Shown here one piece after another: positions 11,801 to 16,876 of a stretch of DNA of 64,000 nt. Positions within the stretch are counted from its first letter, which is position 1; the number at the start of each line of letters is the position of its first letter. Origin of the DNA: an uncultured Candidatus Woesearchaeota archaeon. GTDB lineage: Archaea > Nanobdellota > Nanobdellia > Woesearchaeales > GW2011-AR9. The translations under genes and the position numbers were made by a program. The DNA lies in the NCBI GenBank assembly GCA_902529885.1, contig CABZYC010000001.1:89719-153718 (forward strand). Reading direction: 5' to 3'. The notes beneath the pieces were generated by a model. That model saw only the letters and a list, made by a program, of their open reading frames with translations, was not told where the DNA came from and searched no databases.

Positions 11801-11803
11801 CAT
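2858..11803 (-). CDS. Giant (2,981 aa) membrane-anchored surface protein made of multiple NosD/pectin-lyase-like right-handed beta-helix repeat domains
   Basis: A single uninterrupted reverse-strand ORF with ATG at 11801-11803. The TTG one codon upstream was used by the ORF track. The N-terminus carries a signal-anchor helix (LALAAIMLVAVAIGGIYF). At least six motifs of the form GGN[YF][WY].SY.G.D.DGDG(I/V)(G/A)D recur (LGGNFWGSYHGYDTDGDGLGNTDTP, IGGNYWSGYTGVDNG, GGNYYGNYAGMDSGSG, GGNFYNDFYGLDNGYNGGVEGDGISD, LGGNCTGGNYWGSYDGWDVDLDGVGE, LGNNCTGGNWYSDYQDDGKDDGNG), as in NosD/PbH1 beta-helix proteins. N-x-S/T sequons are very frequent. The C-terminal part has a D/S/G-rich low-complexity linker (…GGGGGGGGSSSSSSSSGGG…), a Cys-rich module, a TM helix (LLLASGIGGFTFLGGLFIGYDLI) and a ~170-aa basic coiled-coil cytoplasmic tail. 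Confidence 0.85.
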   Translation of the reverse strand: MERNTRGSLALAAIMLVAVAIGGIYFASDGNLLGAIIGVETISSCDIAVYESIDNIAHDFECYEEDGFVLKRDNVEINCRNHSITCMDCQANATHNFSGFKLSGRDNVTIKNCRIYGFDHGVRMDTGGLENTILSNLMDNNTQSLFIDGTYGHLISLNTFSNGTLLIQNVNNTALFTGDDSGDDLNETLVNGSDRTQLTDYNASVIYDNKFLDGQDNAQTDSNSYVYWNVAKSPLYDLDPVQSNIVGGHFLGGNFWGSYHGYDTDGDGLGNTDTPHRTNESIEPILDQGDRYPLIENVCSIPGSICGEVTCPDMDIYADEGGEGLAITCDDTILTCDGTRFIGQGSNANETHMRAIEVIGYDNVTIQGCEFINFTYGVYLEDTNDLTLYNNSIHNNIENVFLKDRVHDSLIHSNTFIDWNSSETLAENASWTNFTNSTRGIVFNGGPIITSTATAMGGNKVYDNTFGPFYGGWDLIHIELLAGSLKNNISHNSFVNITAPAAVGTAIKLEDVSDDELIIEGNLIQGGYTGIHLENSSMTLSTTELNTFLDYWRFGILVDNLGGQKPTISGVFNTSSSMGWGVLIEDGEAFIDQVNISGGDSGLRINPNHYGMIEIIGNVLIENNTEGLWAVTSNSCLDEQSYFDLSRAESIILTNNSIGIYSNCAGIIPPRYESDPVYGSGIVNITNNTIGLYMRALNGTKHPINITDFFFINNQQGIQFPSSGSINNNVSIFNNYFSGNTININDTSGYNHFNITPQIISGRDNNIYYNVSDTANGNVYFGGNFYAELNVTDITGDGIADIYGNGTSILSYPYTQEGNFSPGDYYPLTTPGEPQCGGTYSESITLMSDLSSNGSCFYFAADDITLDCDGYNVTGNGTGSFINATGYDSITVVDCNVEHFSNLILANHTATIEDSNVTFISDYTLNLENVTFDNVVLTNVTEVTINGTSTLSSIEYYNNSILHVYGNATIEDSTFENNVYGLYYYNGTNKTISGNIFEDNSFGLVVEFANSTNITANKFINSKNLSLNISGINSTIYNNLFRNDSGKPNVVVSGTHFWNVSYRQLSSGTNIVGNSYIGGNYWSGYTGVDNGNASNEHVPNVSGDFIGDTLVPYNDSTTFINDSLPLIGTPDCQEVTSDFSMTADLYVDSLSDGEACYLITGDDLVFDLGGFTFQGEGEGYAIKVEDAENVSINNGIIFGFDIGVYIDPSNNIVVNNITINNSDYGIRLEDTTDSLIVNNTIYGITYTGLDIINSTDNLVYNNIINVTDCSSSCTEYNVYQDSNSSNSFNVTYQLGTNILGGNMSGGNYYGNYAGMDSGSGFGNYSVQGDMVGDTQVPYQINDDLDYFPLTNDDGEGHSNCISITEDTALNTDIFCDEDEAVYIAADNVLLDCNGYSIMGSGSGSGIKSIGYNNITIRECNISNFYYGINIQGGSVINIDKENVITDNSFYGIYMVDVNDTTITNTSLERDNNGIYVVNGSYVNVTDNIIALNKKFYGVFMFDSDNVYVHSNDFSRNYHGSYFVNVDGASVQYNTYDRHDYFASYSATFSEAHTYYKNTFNDARTLLRVYQNVSGITIKNNTFGESSQYALRFHGDIGGVNMSGNIFDGSASKASTAHIMLSDIDNLNLSDNNFSSDLSVMQVGSSTNVHSINNTYTSNGSVGFADVALLNIYGDTYSRFLDIDGASDLTVMNITSVNVTMVDIVKSNLAENLFTNNTLEDTIEVDTSSNIQLSYSSADTMVVSNTDYLNARFFNLNTTAVLNSVLGEHFRDIDIQDSNKTAYNFTDVDSMNIVYNVLRRNAGGMLLQGDSDGNIIAENWIEDNGYGLNITSSDSNTIKDNYFDNTENVDDTGSNTWYGSYTCSDGPNIVGGPCKGGNFYNDFYGLDNGYNGGVEGDGISDQPTRYNIDSDTHDELPLMLYVSRVYYAPSDSATASLTATASYTGTLEDGEIVPNVWQYITYSSSYPIWRFRSLFNETDFNASTFVLSSNGTNTYFNFSGITDLGNTAERSEVDYATVMLQHQQRLNGGVCIDWNATGLEPDSCDRRIKSMGGAMNASANSSHYLVNFNTAPVVNRSGVAYVDFNMMCGAHIYHDITLTEDVSCNQSAFIVKADNIVIDLNGNELIGNGSGIGVNISDYDNVTLTGGTVSNFTTAVYVDPAVGINISGMTIADSFIGVNFSEINNSYITSNTFLRLNRSVQLVESDHNQIFDNTFVNGTVGVRVLASDNLTLENNVLYNFVTEAMYLNLIDGVNITNVSIYNSTNGVTVRNTASLTVFKLLFNGSDGVPLMMYKVSGSNLLNNTFNHSTTTVTFDTVNSTVMANNKAYNLKNYSVYFQNTTNVTLYNNLFNTTYPAYHDVHSDISWNTTLNCSSINILGGNCTGGNYWGSYDGWDVDLDGVGETLLPFNGSDTGAFGDMLPLTEVGEISCGGTEQNVTMNVTLNQDITINLTDGETCFNLQTPAITFDCSGHSLIGNGTGMAVNMSAQNTFKNCIVSNFSIGATMVDHGTINRSVIKGSVLGVSQLGDAYILNSTIYDVVTGISRRDNNEGYIRGTYVGANDTCVKIRNISVANFIQVAGNEFNCPIGVDITNASIRVYDNIFNTSNVSIISHNDTIFNSSYDCSKTNILGNNCTGGNWYSDYQDDGKDDGNGTYSGIPNISSDGIADRPVPYNASGNISVGGDYLPLLGNYTSSLTSRLAALTNDDDSSDDSSSDDDSGSSSGGSSGGGGGGGGSSSSSSSSGGGSSYTLTSDDCTQEWECGDWSVCDDNFQVRDCTDANSCFEEYGLGNFLRKEKPTEEQWCPGDFSDAKTVPEQIVVTPPQVIVQQEEGPVNMTLLLASGIGGFTFLGGLFIGYDLIAPHRRLRRRLRKIEGSVDVSSVDTLKSHYGSAYELYMKLSESKKQDYYGRVMSLRSQIEGQLLAEKRIENLIDLAKKSDKSTEKRKYYMKVYKMYGSLSPVLQSKVYQKIVDLREELEGGKF

Positions 11804-11919
11804 CAAATCGCCTCAGACCTATCCTTGATTGAGTATAAGCAATGAAAATAATACAATTTGTACGTATATAAATATTTGGATTAAGATACGTTTATATATT
11901 CTTTAAACCTTATTAATTT
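11804..11919. promoter_or_regulatory. AT-rich divergent promoter region between the giant surface-protein gene and the small Cys-rich protein genes
   Basis: A 116-nt intergenic spacer with TATA-like boxes (tttatata ~25 nt upstream of the ATG at 11920, and a cttatact-like element on the opposite strand). No coding potential. Confidence 0.35.
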
Positions 11920-12219
11920 ATGGAGTACAAAAAACATGTTACTATGATCTTAGGAGCAATACTTTTTGTAGCAACAGTCGGCACACTCACCACATTTTCA
12001 AATGAAATAAGTATAGCCTCAACAGGGATGGCTACAAGTACAGTCCTTGGTTCAGATAAAGGAATAGTTGACCAATTCACAAATTATTGTGAGTGGTATG
12101 ATTCAAATGACGAGACAGACTGTGAAGAAACATGTGAAGAAAAAATATGTATACCCCTAACAGAAATGTGTGATGAAGTTAATAGCACACAATGCTATTG
12201 TTGTGAGGTGAAATCATGA
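11920..12219 (+). CDS. Small secreted/membrane Cys-rich protein (hypothetical)
   Basis: A 99-aa protein with an N-terminal hydrophobic segment (TMILGAILFVATVGTL) and a C-terminal Cys cluster (CEWYDSNDETDCEETCEEKICIPLTEMCDEVNSTQCYCCEV). It overlaps the next ORF as ATGA. Confidence 0.5.
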   Translation: MEYKKHVTMILGAILFVATVGTLTTFSNEISIASTGMATSTVLGSDKGIVDQFTNYCEWYDSNDETDCEETCEEKICIPLTEMCDEVNSTQCYCCEVKS

Positions 12220-12512
12220 AAGATCCAAACGATTACATCGTAATTGGAGTATGGTTCGTTGCCTTAATTTGCGTCATGGTAATCATTGGTGCATTCCAAT
12301 CAACAGGACAGGCATCAAACACAGGAGAATATACTATCACAGACGGAATTAATGCATTAGCAAACACATACAGCTTAGAAGGAGAAGGTGGAGTTAAGTG
12401 TTCACATTCAAGTTTATGTGATGGAAGAGCAATCACACAATTTGTAGACACCAAATTCACATCAGTTTTTGAAACAAGAAGAGGGAGTCATGTCTGCATC
12501 TGCCTCAATTAA
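12216..12512 (+). CDS. Small membrane-anchored Cys-containing protein (hypothetical)
   Basis: A 98-aa protein with a TM helix (IVIGVWFVALICVMVIIGAF) followed by an extracytoplasmic region with 4 Cys. It is translationally coupled to the preceding ORF. Confidence 0.5.
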   Translation: MKDPNDYIVIGVWFVALICVMVIIGAFQSTGQASNTGEYTITDGINALANTYSLEGEGGVKCSHSSLCDGRAITQFVDTKFTSVFETRRGSHVCICLN

Positions 12513-13942
12513 AAAGATAAATCTTCAATTTTAACACGTTCTTGTTCCATTGTATCACGGTCACGGACCGTCACACAACCATCTTCTAACGATTCAAAAT
12601 CCACAGTTACACAGTAAGGTACACCCATCTCATCAGCGCGTGCATACCTACGCCCGATGCTACCACTCACGTCAAAACTAACACTGTAACATTCTTTTAA
12701 TAAAGTGAACACTTCTTCAGCTTTCGCAAGTAAATGCGCCTTATTTTTTACTAAAGGGAGTACAGCAATATTGAATGGTGCAACCGATACAGGCAAAGCC
12801 AAATTAACATGGCCACGATCATCTTCAGAATATGCTTCAAACAAAACCATTAGCATCACTCGTTCTAAACCATGCGTTGGCTCAATACAATGCGGTACAA
12901 ACTTTTTTTGTGTTGCATCATCAACAACAGTCACGTTCATCCCACTATGTTTTGCGTGCGCCTGCAAGTCGTAATCGCCACGGTGCGCAATACCAAACAC
13001 TTCCTTAAACCCGAACGGAAACTTGTATTCAATATCAAAGGTCGCACTACTATAATGGCTCAGTTCCTTACCTACATGTTCACGTACACGCAAGTTTTCA
13101 GAAGATACACCTAACGTATTAACATAAAAATGGTAGTATTCATACAACCAATACACTTGCCACGTGTTCACACCTTTATCAATGAACCATTGGAACGTGT
13201 ATTCTTCAGCGTCAGCATTAGAACCCTGGTGTTCTTCAGATAAGACAGATATTGGGGTTGCCAAAAGTTCTTTTGATAATTCACAACCTTTTTCAGGGTG
13301 CACAAAAAATTCCATCTCCATTTGATTAAATTCACGAAGACGAAACAAAAAGTCGCGTGGACTAATTTCGTTCCTATAGGCTTTTCCAACCTGGCACACA
13401 CCAAAAGGTGGTTTTAACCGTGACGTTTCTTTAATCAAAGCGAACTGTGCAAAAATGCTTTGTGCAGTCTCAGGCCGTAAATACGCCGTGTTCCCATCAA
13501 CAGCGCCAACTTGCGTTTGAAACATTAAATTGAATTGTTGCACAGGTTCAAAATCTTCACCATTATACTGCAGTTTATGTTTATTAATCAAGGTTTGAAT
13601 TTCGTCCGCAGACATACCGTCAGCAGCAATGTTTAATGTTTCTTCAATAAAATGGTCCGCTCGAACTTTAGTACGAGTTTTCACAGTAGTCAACATTAAA
13701 TCGCCAAAAGTTGCAACGTGCCCGCTTGCTTCCCACACTTTAGGATTTGTTACAATTGTACCATCGAAAGGTACAATGTTGCGACGATCCAAGAATTTGA
13801 GCCATGCATTAACAACGTTACGTTTAATACGCGCACCCAGCGGACCATAATCATAAAACCCTGCATAACCACCGTAAGCGTCAGCAGAACGAAAAGCAAT
13901 ACCTTTCTTTTTACAAAATGTTGCAAAATCTTCAATGTTCAT
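12509..13942 (-). CDS. glyS: Glycyl-tRNA synthetase (archaeal/eukaryotic-type class II)
   Basis: A 477-aa protein whose N-terminus AFRSADAYGGYAGFYDYGPLG is diagnostic of alpha2-type GlyRS. The class II core and a C-terminal anticodon-binding domain are present. Confidence 0.95.
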   Translation of the reverse strand: MNIEDFATFCKKKGIAFRSADAYGGYAGFYDYGPLGARIKRNVVNAWLKFLDRRNIVPFDGTIVTNPKVWEASGHVATFGDLMLTTVKTRTKVRADHFIEETLNIAADGMSADEIQTLINKHKLQYNGEDFEPVQQFNLMFQTQVGAVDGNTAYLRPETAQSIFAQFALIKETSRLKPPFGVCQVGKAYRNEISPRDFLFRLREFNQMEMEFFVHPEKGCELSKELLATPISVLSEEHQGSNADAEEYTFQWFIDKGVNTWQVYWLYEYYHFYVNTLGVSSENLRVREHVGKELSHYSSATFDIEYKFPFGFKEVFGIAHRGDYDLQAHAKHSGMNVTVVDDATQKKFVPHCIEPTHGLERVMLMVLFEAYSEDDRGHVNLALPVSVAPFNIAVLPLVKNKAHLLAKAEEVFTLLKECYSVSFDVSGSIGRRYARADEMGVPYCVTVDFESLEDGCVTVRDRDTMEQERVKIEDLSF

Positions 13943-13972
13943 ACAACTGCGTACTATGACACACTTAAATAA

Positions 13973-15034
13973 TTATCCACGTAAATACGCAATGTCTGTC
14001 TCCGACCATTCAACCTGGCGACTAACATCGTCACCAATAAAAGATTTTATTGATTCAACCTGTTGCTCTGTACGACTAACACTTTGGTGTAATACTGGCG
14101 CCAACTTTTGCGCTATACTTTTACGTTTTGCACGTTTCATGTTACCCTGCCACACCATTAAACCGACCATTGGCTGATAGACCTTTTTTAACAAGTCAGT
14201 GTTCAGGCCAACGCCCACTCGAACAAAATCGTATACATACGCCATATACCGCCAATACTGTTTTTTGCGTATACGTTTTCTATAAAGGTCAGCAGTAGCC
14301 ACCCACAGTAAAGCACGGGCACCGTTACGTACAACGCTTGCTTCAACCCAGTCAACGCAAGAGTCCATGTCGACATCTTTAAACAAAGTACGCAATACAG
14401 GAACCTGTTTTGTATTAAAAAGTACAGTAACATCTTGTTCAATAATACTCGTTACGTCGCGAGAAGAAAGAGTGGACACATAGTGAGCATCCAACAATGG
14501 TAATGTTTTAGCATCATTAATCATCGCGCGAATATCACAGTTGTTCATTCTTGCAAGAGTTCGAACACCGTCGCCCGTATACCCCAGTTTACTTAATAAT
14601 ACCACTGATTCATCAATTGTTGGACGGCGACATTCAATCTTTTTCAAATCTTTCAACACTTTATGTTTAGACCGATCATACTCCGTTAAAGTTAAAATTA
14701 CTGGTGACGACGACTTTTTTGCAAAGTCAACAATGGCTTTTAACCCGCCCCGGTCATGTCGCCCACTTAAAACGTCGACATCGTCAAACAGTAATATTTG
14801 AGGACGCATAAACAACGTCTGTTGACCTTGCAAACTAGACAAGGACTCAATACTAGATTTGTTACGGGCGTCCCCACTGTTCATTTCAAGAACATCGTAA
14901 CCCAACCGTTTAGCTGCTTCATAGACAGCATACGTTTTACCGCTACCGCAAGGACCCATAATGTAAAAAGGAATGTTACGTTTTAAACATTCAGTTAACT
15001 GATGCATGAACATTTCATCATAAGCATAATACAT
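13973..15034 (-). CDS. rfcL: AAA+ clamp-loader ATPase, replication factor C large-subunit-like (compact)
   Basis: Walker A motif IMGPCGSGKT is followed by LEMNSGDARNKSSIESL (compare RFC-large 'NASDeR'). A Walker B motif LLFDDVDVL and sensor-2 motif GDGVRTLARMNNCDIRAMIN (RFC 'GDxRxxxN') are present. At only 353 aa it is shorter than typical RfcL. Confidence 0.65.
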   Translation of the reverse strand: MYYAYDEMFMHQLTECLKRNIPFYIMGPCGSGKTYAVYEAAKRLGYDVLEMNSGDARNKSSIESLSSLQGQQTLFMRPQILLFDDVDVLSGRHDRGGLKAIVDFAKKSSSPVILTLTEYDRSKHKVLKDLKKIECRRPTIDESVVLLSKLGYTGDGVRTLARMNNCDIRAMINDAKTLPLLDAHYVSTLSSRDVTSIIEQDVTVLFNTKQVPVLRTLFKDVDMDSCVDWVEASVVRNGARALLWVATADLYRKRIRKKQYWRYMAYVYDFVRVGVGLNTDLLKKVYQPMVGLMVWQGNMKRAKRKSIAQKLAPVLHQSVSRTEQQVESIKSFIGDDVSRQVEWSETDIAYLRG

Positions 15035-15110
15035 AAATGAAGTCCATTAAACACACATAAATACTTTGCCATAACAAACAATATAAGAAGGAAAGTCCAG
15101 AGTACAAAAT

Positions 15111-16517
15111 ATGGAAAAAGGATTAACTTACGCAGATGTCTTATTAGTGCCTAAAAAAACACCGCTTGAAAGCAGGAAACAAGCTCAAATCAACACATTA
15201 TTTACAAAGAACATAGTATTAAACATTCCTTTTATTAGTTCAAACATGGCCACTGTTACAGAGCACGAGATGGCAATCTCCATGGCAAGACATGGCGGGA
15301 TAGGAGTAATCCACCAATTTTCAACCATAGAAGATCGCTGTAATGAAGTCCGAAAAGTAAAACGGTCAACTGCTTATGTGATAGATGAACCATTATCAGT
15401 ACCTTCAACAATCACAATCAAAGAGTTAAAAGAAAAGTTAGTGGACACAGGTATCAGTTCAGCTTTAGTCATTGACCAAGAATTAGTAGGTATTATTACG
15501 CACAAAGATTACCAATTTGCCAAAGATGACCTGACAGTTGAACAGGTAATGACAAAAAAGCCTAACTTAATTGTTTGTAATGAAATCCCAAGCATAAATA
15601 ATGCAAAAGATATTATGTATAAACACCGGATTGAAAAATTGCCTATTATTTCAGGCACAATCAAACTTATCACGGCCAAAGATGTGCGGCAGCACGAAGA
15701 ATGGAAATATGCAAACAGAGATAATAAAGGAAGATTACGCGTGGCAGCAGCACTCGGAGTAAAAACAGCAATCACTGATGCCAAAGAACTTATTGATGCA
15801 GGGGCAGACGTGTTAGTGATGGACGTTGCACATGCACACAGCGATACAATCATAGAAAAAGTGAAACAACTTAAATCCCTGTACACCATAGATCTGATGG
15901 TAGGGAACATCGCAACAGTTCAGGCTGCACGAGATTTAATTGAAGCAGGTGCAGACGGATTAAAAGTGGGTATTGGGCCATCACCAGTGTGTACAACACG
16001 TATTATGTCTGGTGCAGGTATCCCACAATTTACCGCTGTGCAAGACGTGTGCAAAATTGCAAAAGAGTATGGTGTACCAGTAACTGCTGACGGAGGAATG
16101 AGTAGCCCAGGCGATGCCGTGAAAGCTATTGCTGCCGGAGCAAGCAGTGTGTACAGCGGCTCATTTTTTGCAGGGACTGACGAAGCACCCGGAAGAATCT
16201 TGGTTAAGAATGGTAAAAGATACAAAAAGTATATGGGGAGCGCATCTTATGATAACAATCATGCCAGAAAAGAAAATCTTACCAAAACCAAAATAAAAAA
16301 AACACTCGATATTTTTGTGGAAGGCGTAGCAGTACTTGTTGATTATAAAGGGCCCGTGCGCAGCGTACTAAAAAAGTTGGTTAAAGGTTTACAAAGCGGG
16401 ATTAGTTATGGTGGCGGACATAACATCAAAGAGTTACAACAAAACGCAGAATTTATCCAGATTACTGCGGCAGGATGGCACGAGTCAGAGTCAAGAGGTT
16501 CTAAACTTTCTGAGTAA
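15111..16517 (+). CDS. guaB: Inosine-5'-monophosphate dehydrogenase with CBS pair
   Basis: A 468-aa protein with GLTYADVLLVPKKT N-terminus, a CBS insert and catalytic loop VGIGPSPVCTTRIMSGAGIPQ. Confidence 0.9.
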   Translation: MEKGLTYADVLLVPKKTPLESRKQAQINTLFTKNIVLNIPFISSNMATVTEHEMAISMARHGGIGVIHQFSTIEDRCNEVRKVKRSTAYVIDEPLSVPSTITIKELKEKLVDTGISSALVIDQELVGIITHKDYQFAKDDLTVEQVMTKKPNLIVCNEIPSINNAKDIMYKHRIEKLPIISGTIKLITAKDVRQHEEWKYANRDNKGRLRVAAALGVKTAITDAKELIDAGADVLVMDVAHAHSDTIIEKVKQLKSLYTIDLMVGNIATVQAARDLIEAGADGLKVGIGPSPVCTTRIMSGAGIPQFTAVQDVCKIAKEYGVPVTADGGMSSPGDAVKAIAAGASSVYSGSFFAGTDEAPGRILVKNGKRYKKYMGSASYDNNHARKENLTKTKIKKTLDIFVEGVAVLVDYKGPVRSVLKKLVKGLQSGISYGGGHNIKELQQNAEFIQITAAGWHESESRGSKLSE

Positions 16518-16827
16518 AACCCACAGTTATTTTTTCTCCATCCACAATGAACGGGCGTTTTACCAAGTTACCGTTCGCGTGTAATAACTCTACAAGGTCA
16601 GATACAGCCATATCATCTATTTTTTTGCTTAACCCCAACTCACGATAATCTTTACCACTTCGGTTACACACTACGCGTTTACCTAAAAGTTTGATAGCTT
16701 TTCGAAGCTCTGTTTTGGTCGGTGGTTGTTCACGGATAGGGATACTTTGATACGTAATACCAGCTTGATCCAATTGCTTAGTAGCTTTACGGCACGTACC
16801 ACATTTCTTATACTGATAAACTTTCAT
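16501..16827 (-). CDS. ArsC/Spx-family thioredoxin-fold protein (arsenate reductase-like, YffB-like)
   Basis: The start is taken at the internal ATG MKVYQYKKCGTCRKA, where the family motif begins. The ORF track's TTG extension adds 20 residues with no homology. The protein is ~108 aa. Confidence 0.7.
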   Translation of the reverse strand: MKVYQYKKCGTCRKATKQLDQAGITYQSIPIREQPPTKTELRKAIKLLGKRVVCNRSGKDYRELGLSKKIDDMAVSDLVELLHANGNLVKRPFIVDGEKITVGFTQKV

Positions 16828-16876
16828 AGATATACGGAACATTAAACTTATATAAAGAACTTCTGTGACACATTGT
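16828..16876. promoter_or_regulatory. Short divergent promoter between the arsC-like gene and valS
   Basis: A 49-nt spacer contains ttatataaa (a TATA box) between oppositely oriented starts. Confidence 0.35.

Noticed and set aside
3058-11828. Numerous 60-110-aa ORFs on the + strand inside the 9-kb giant gene (for example 3058-3246, 3156-3491, 4353-4637, 5180-5488, 7787-8032, 10410-10706)
   Set aside because: All lie antisense to a single long, motif-rich ORF. Their low-complexity, Cys/His/Thr-rich translations are typical shadow frames of a repetitive AT-skewed gene. No independent start or promoter context.
15509-16225. Antisense ORFs (133 and 101 aa) within guaB
   Set aside because: They are embedded in a well-supported IMPDH coding region and have no homology features.
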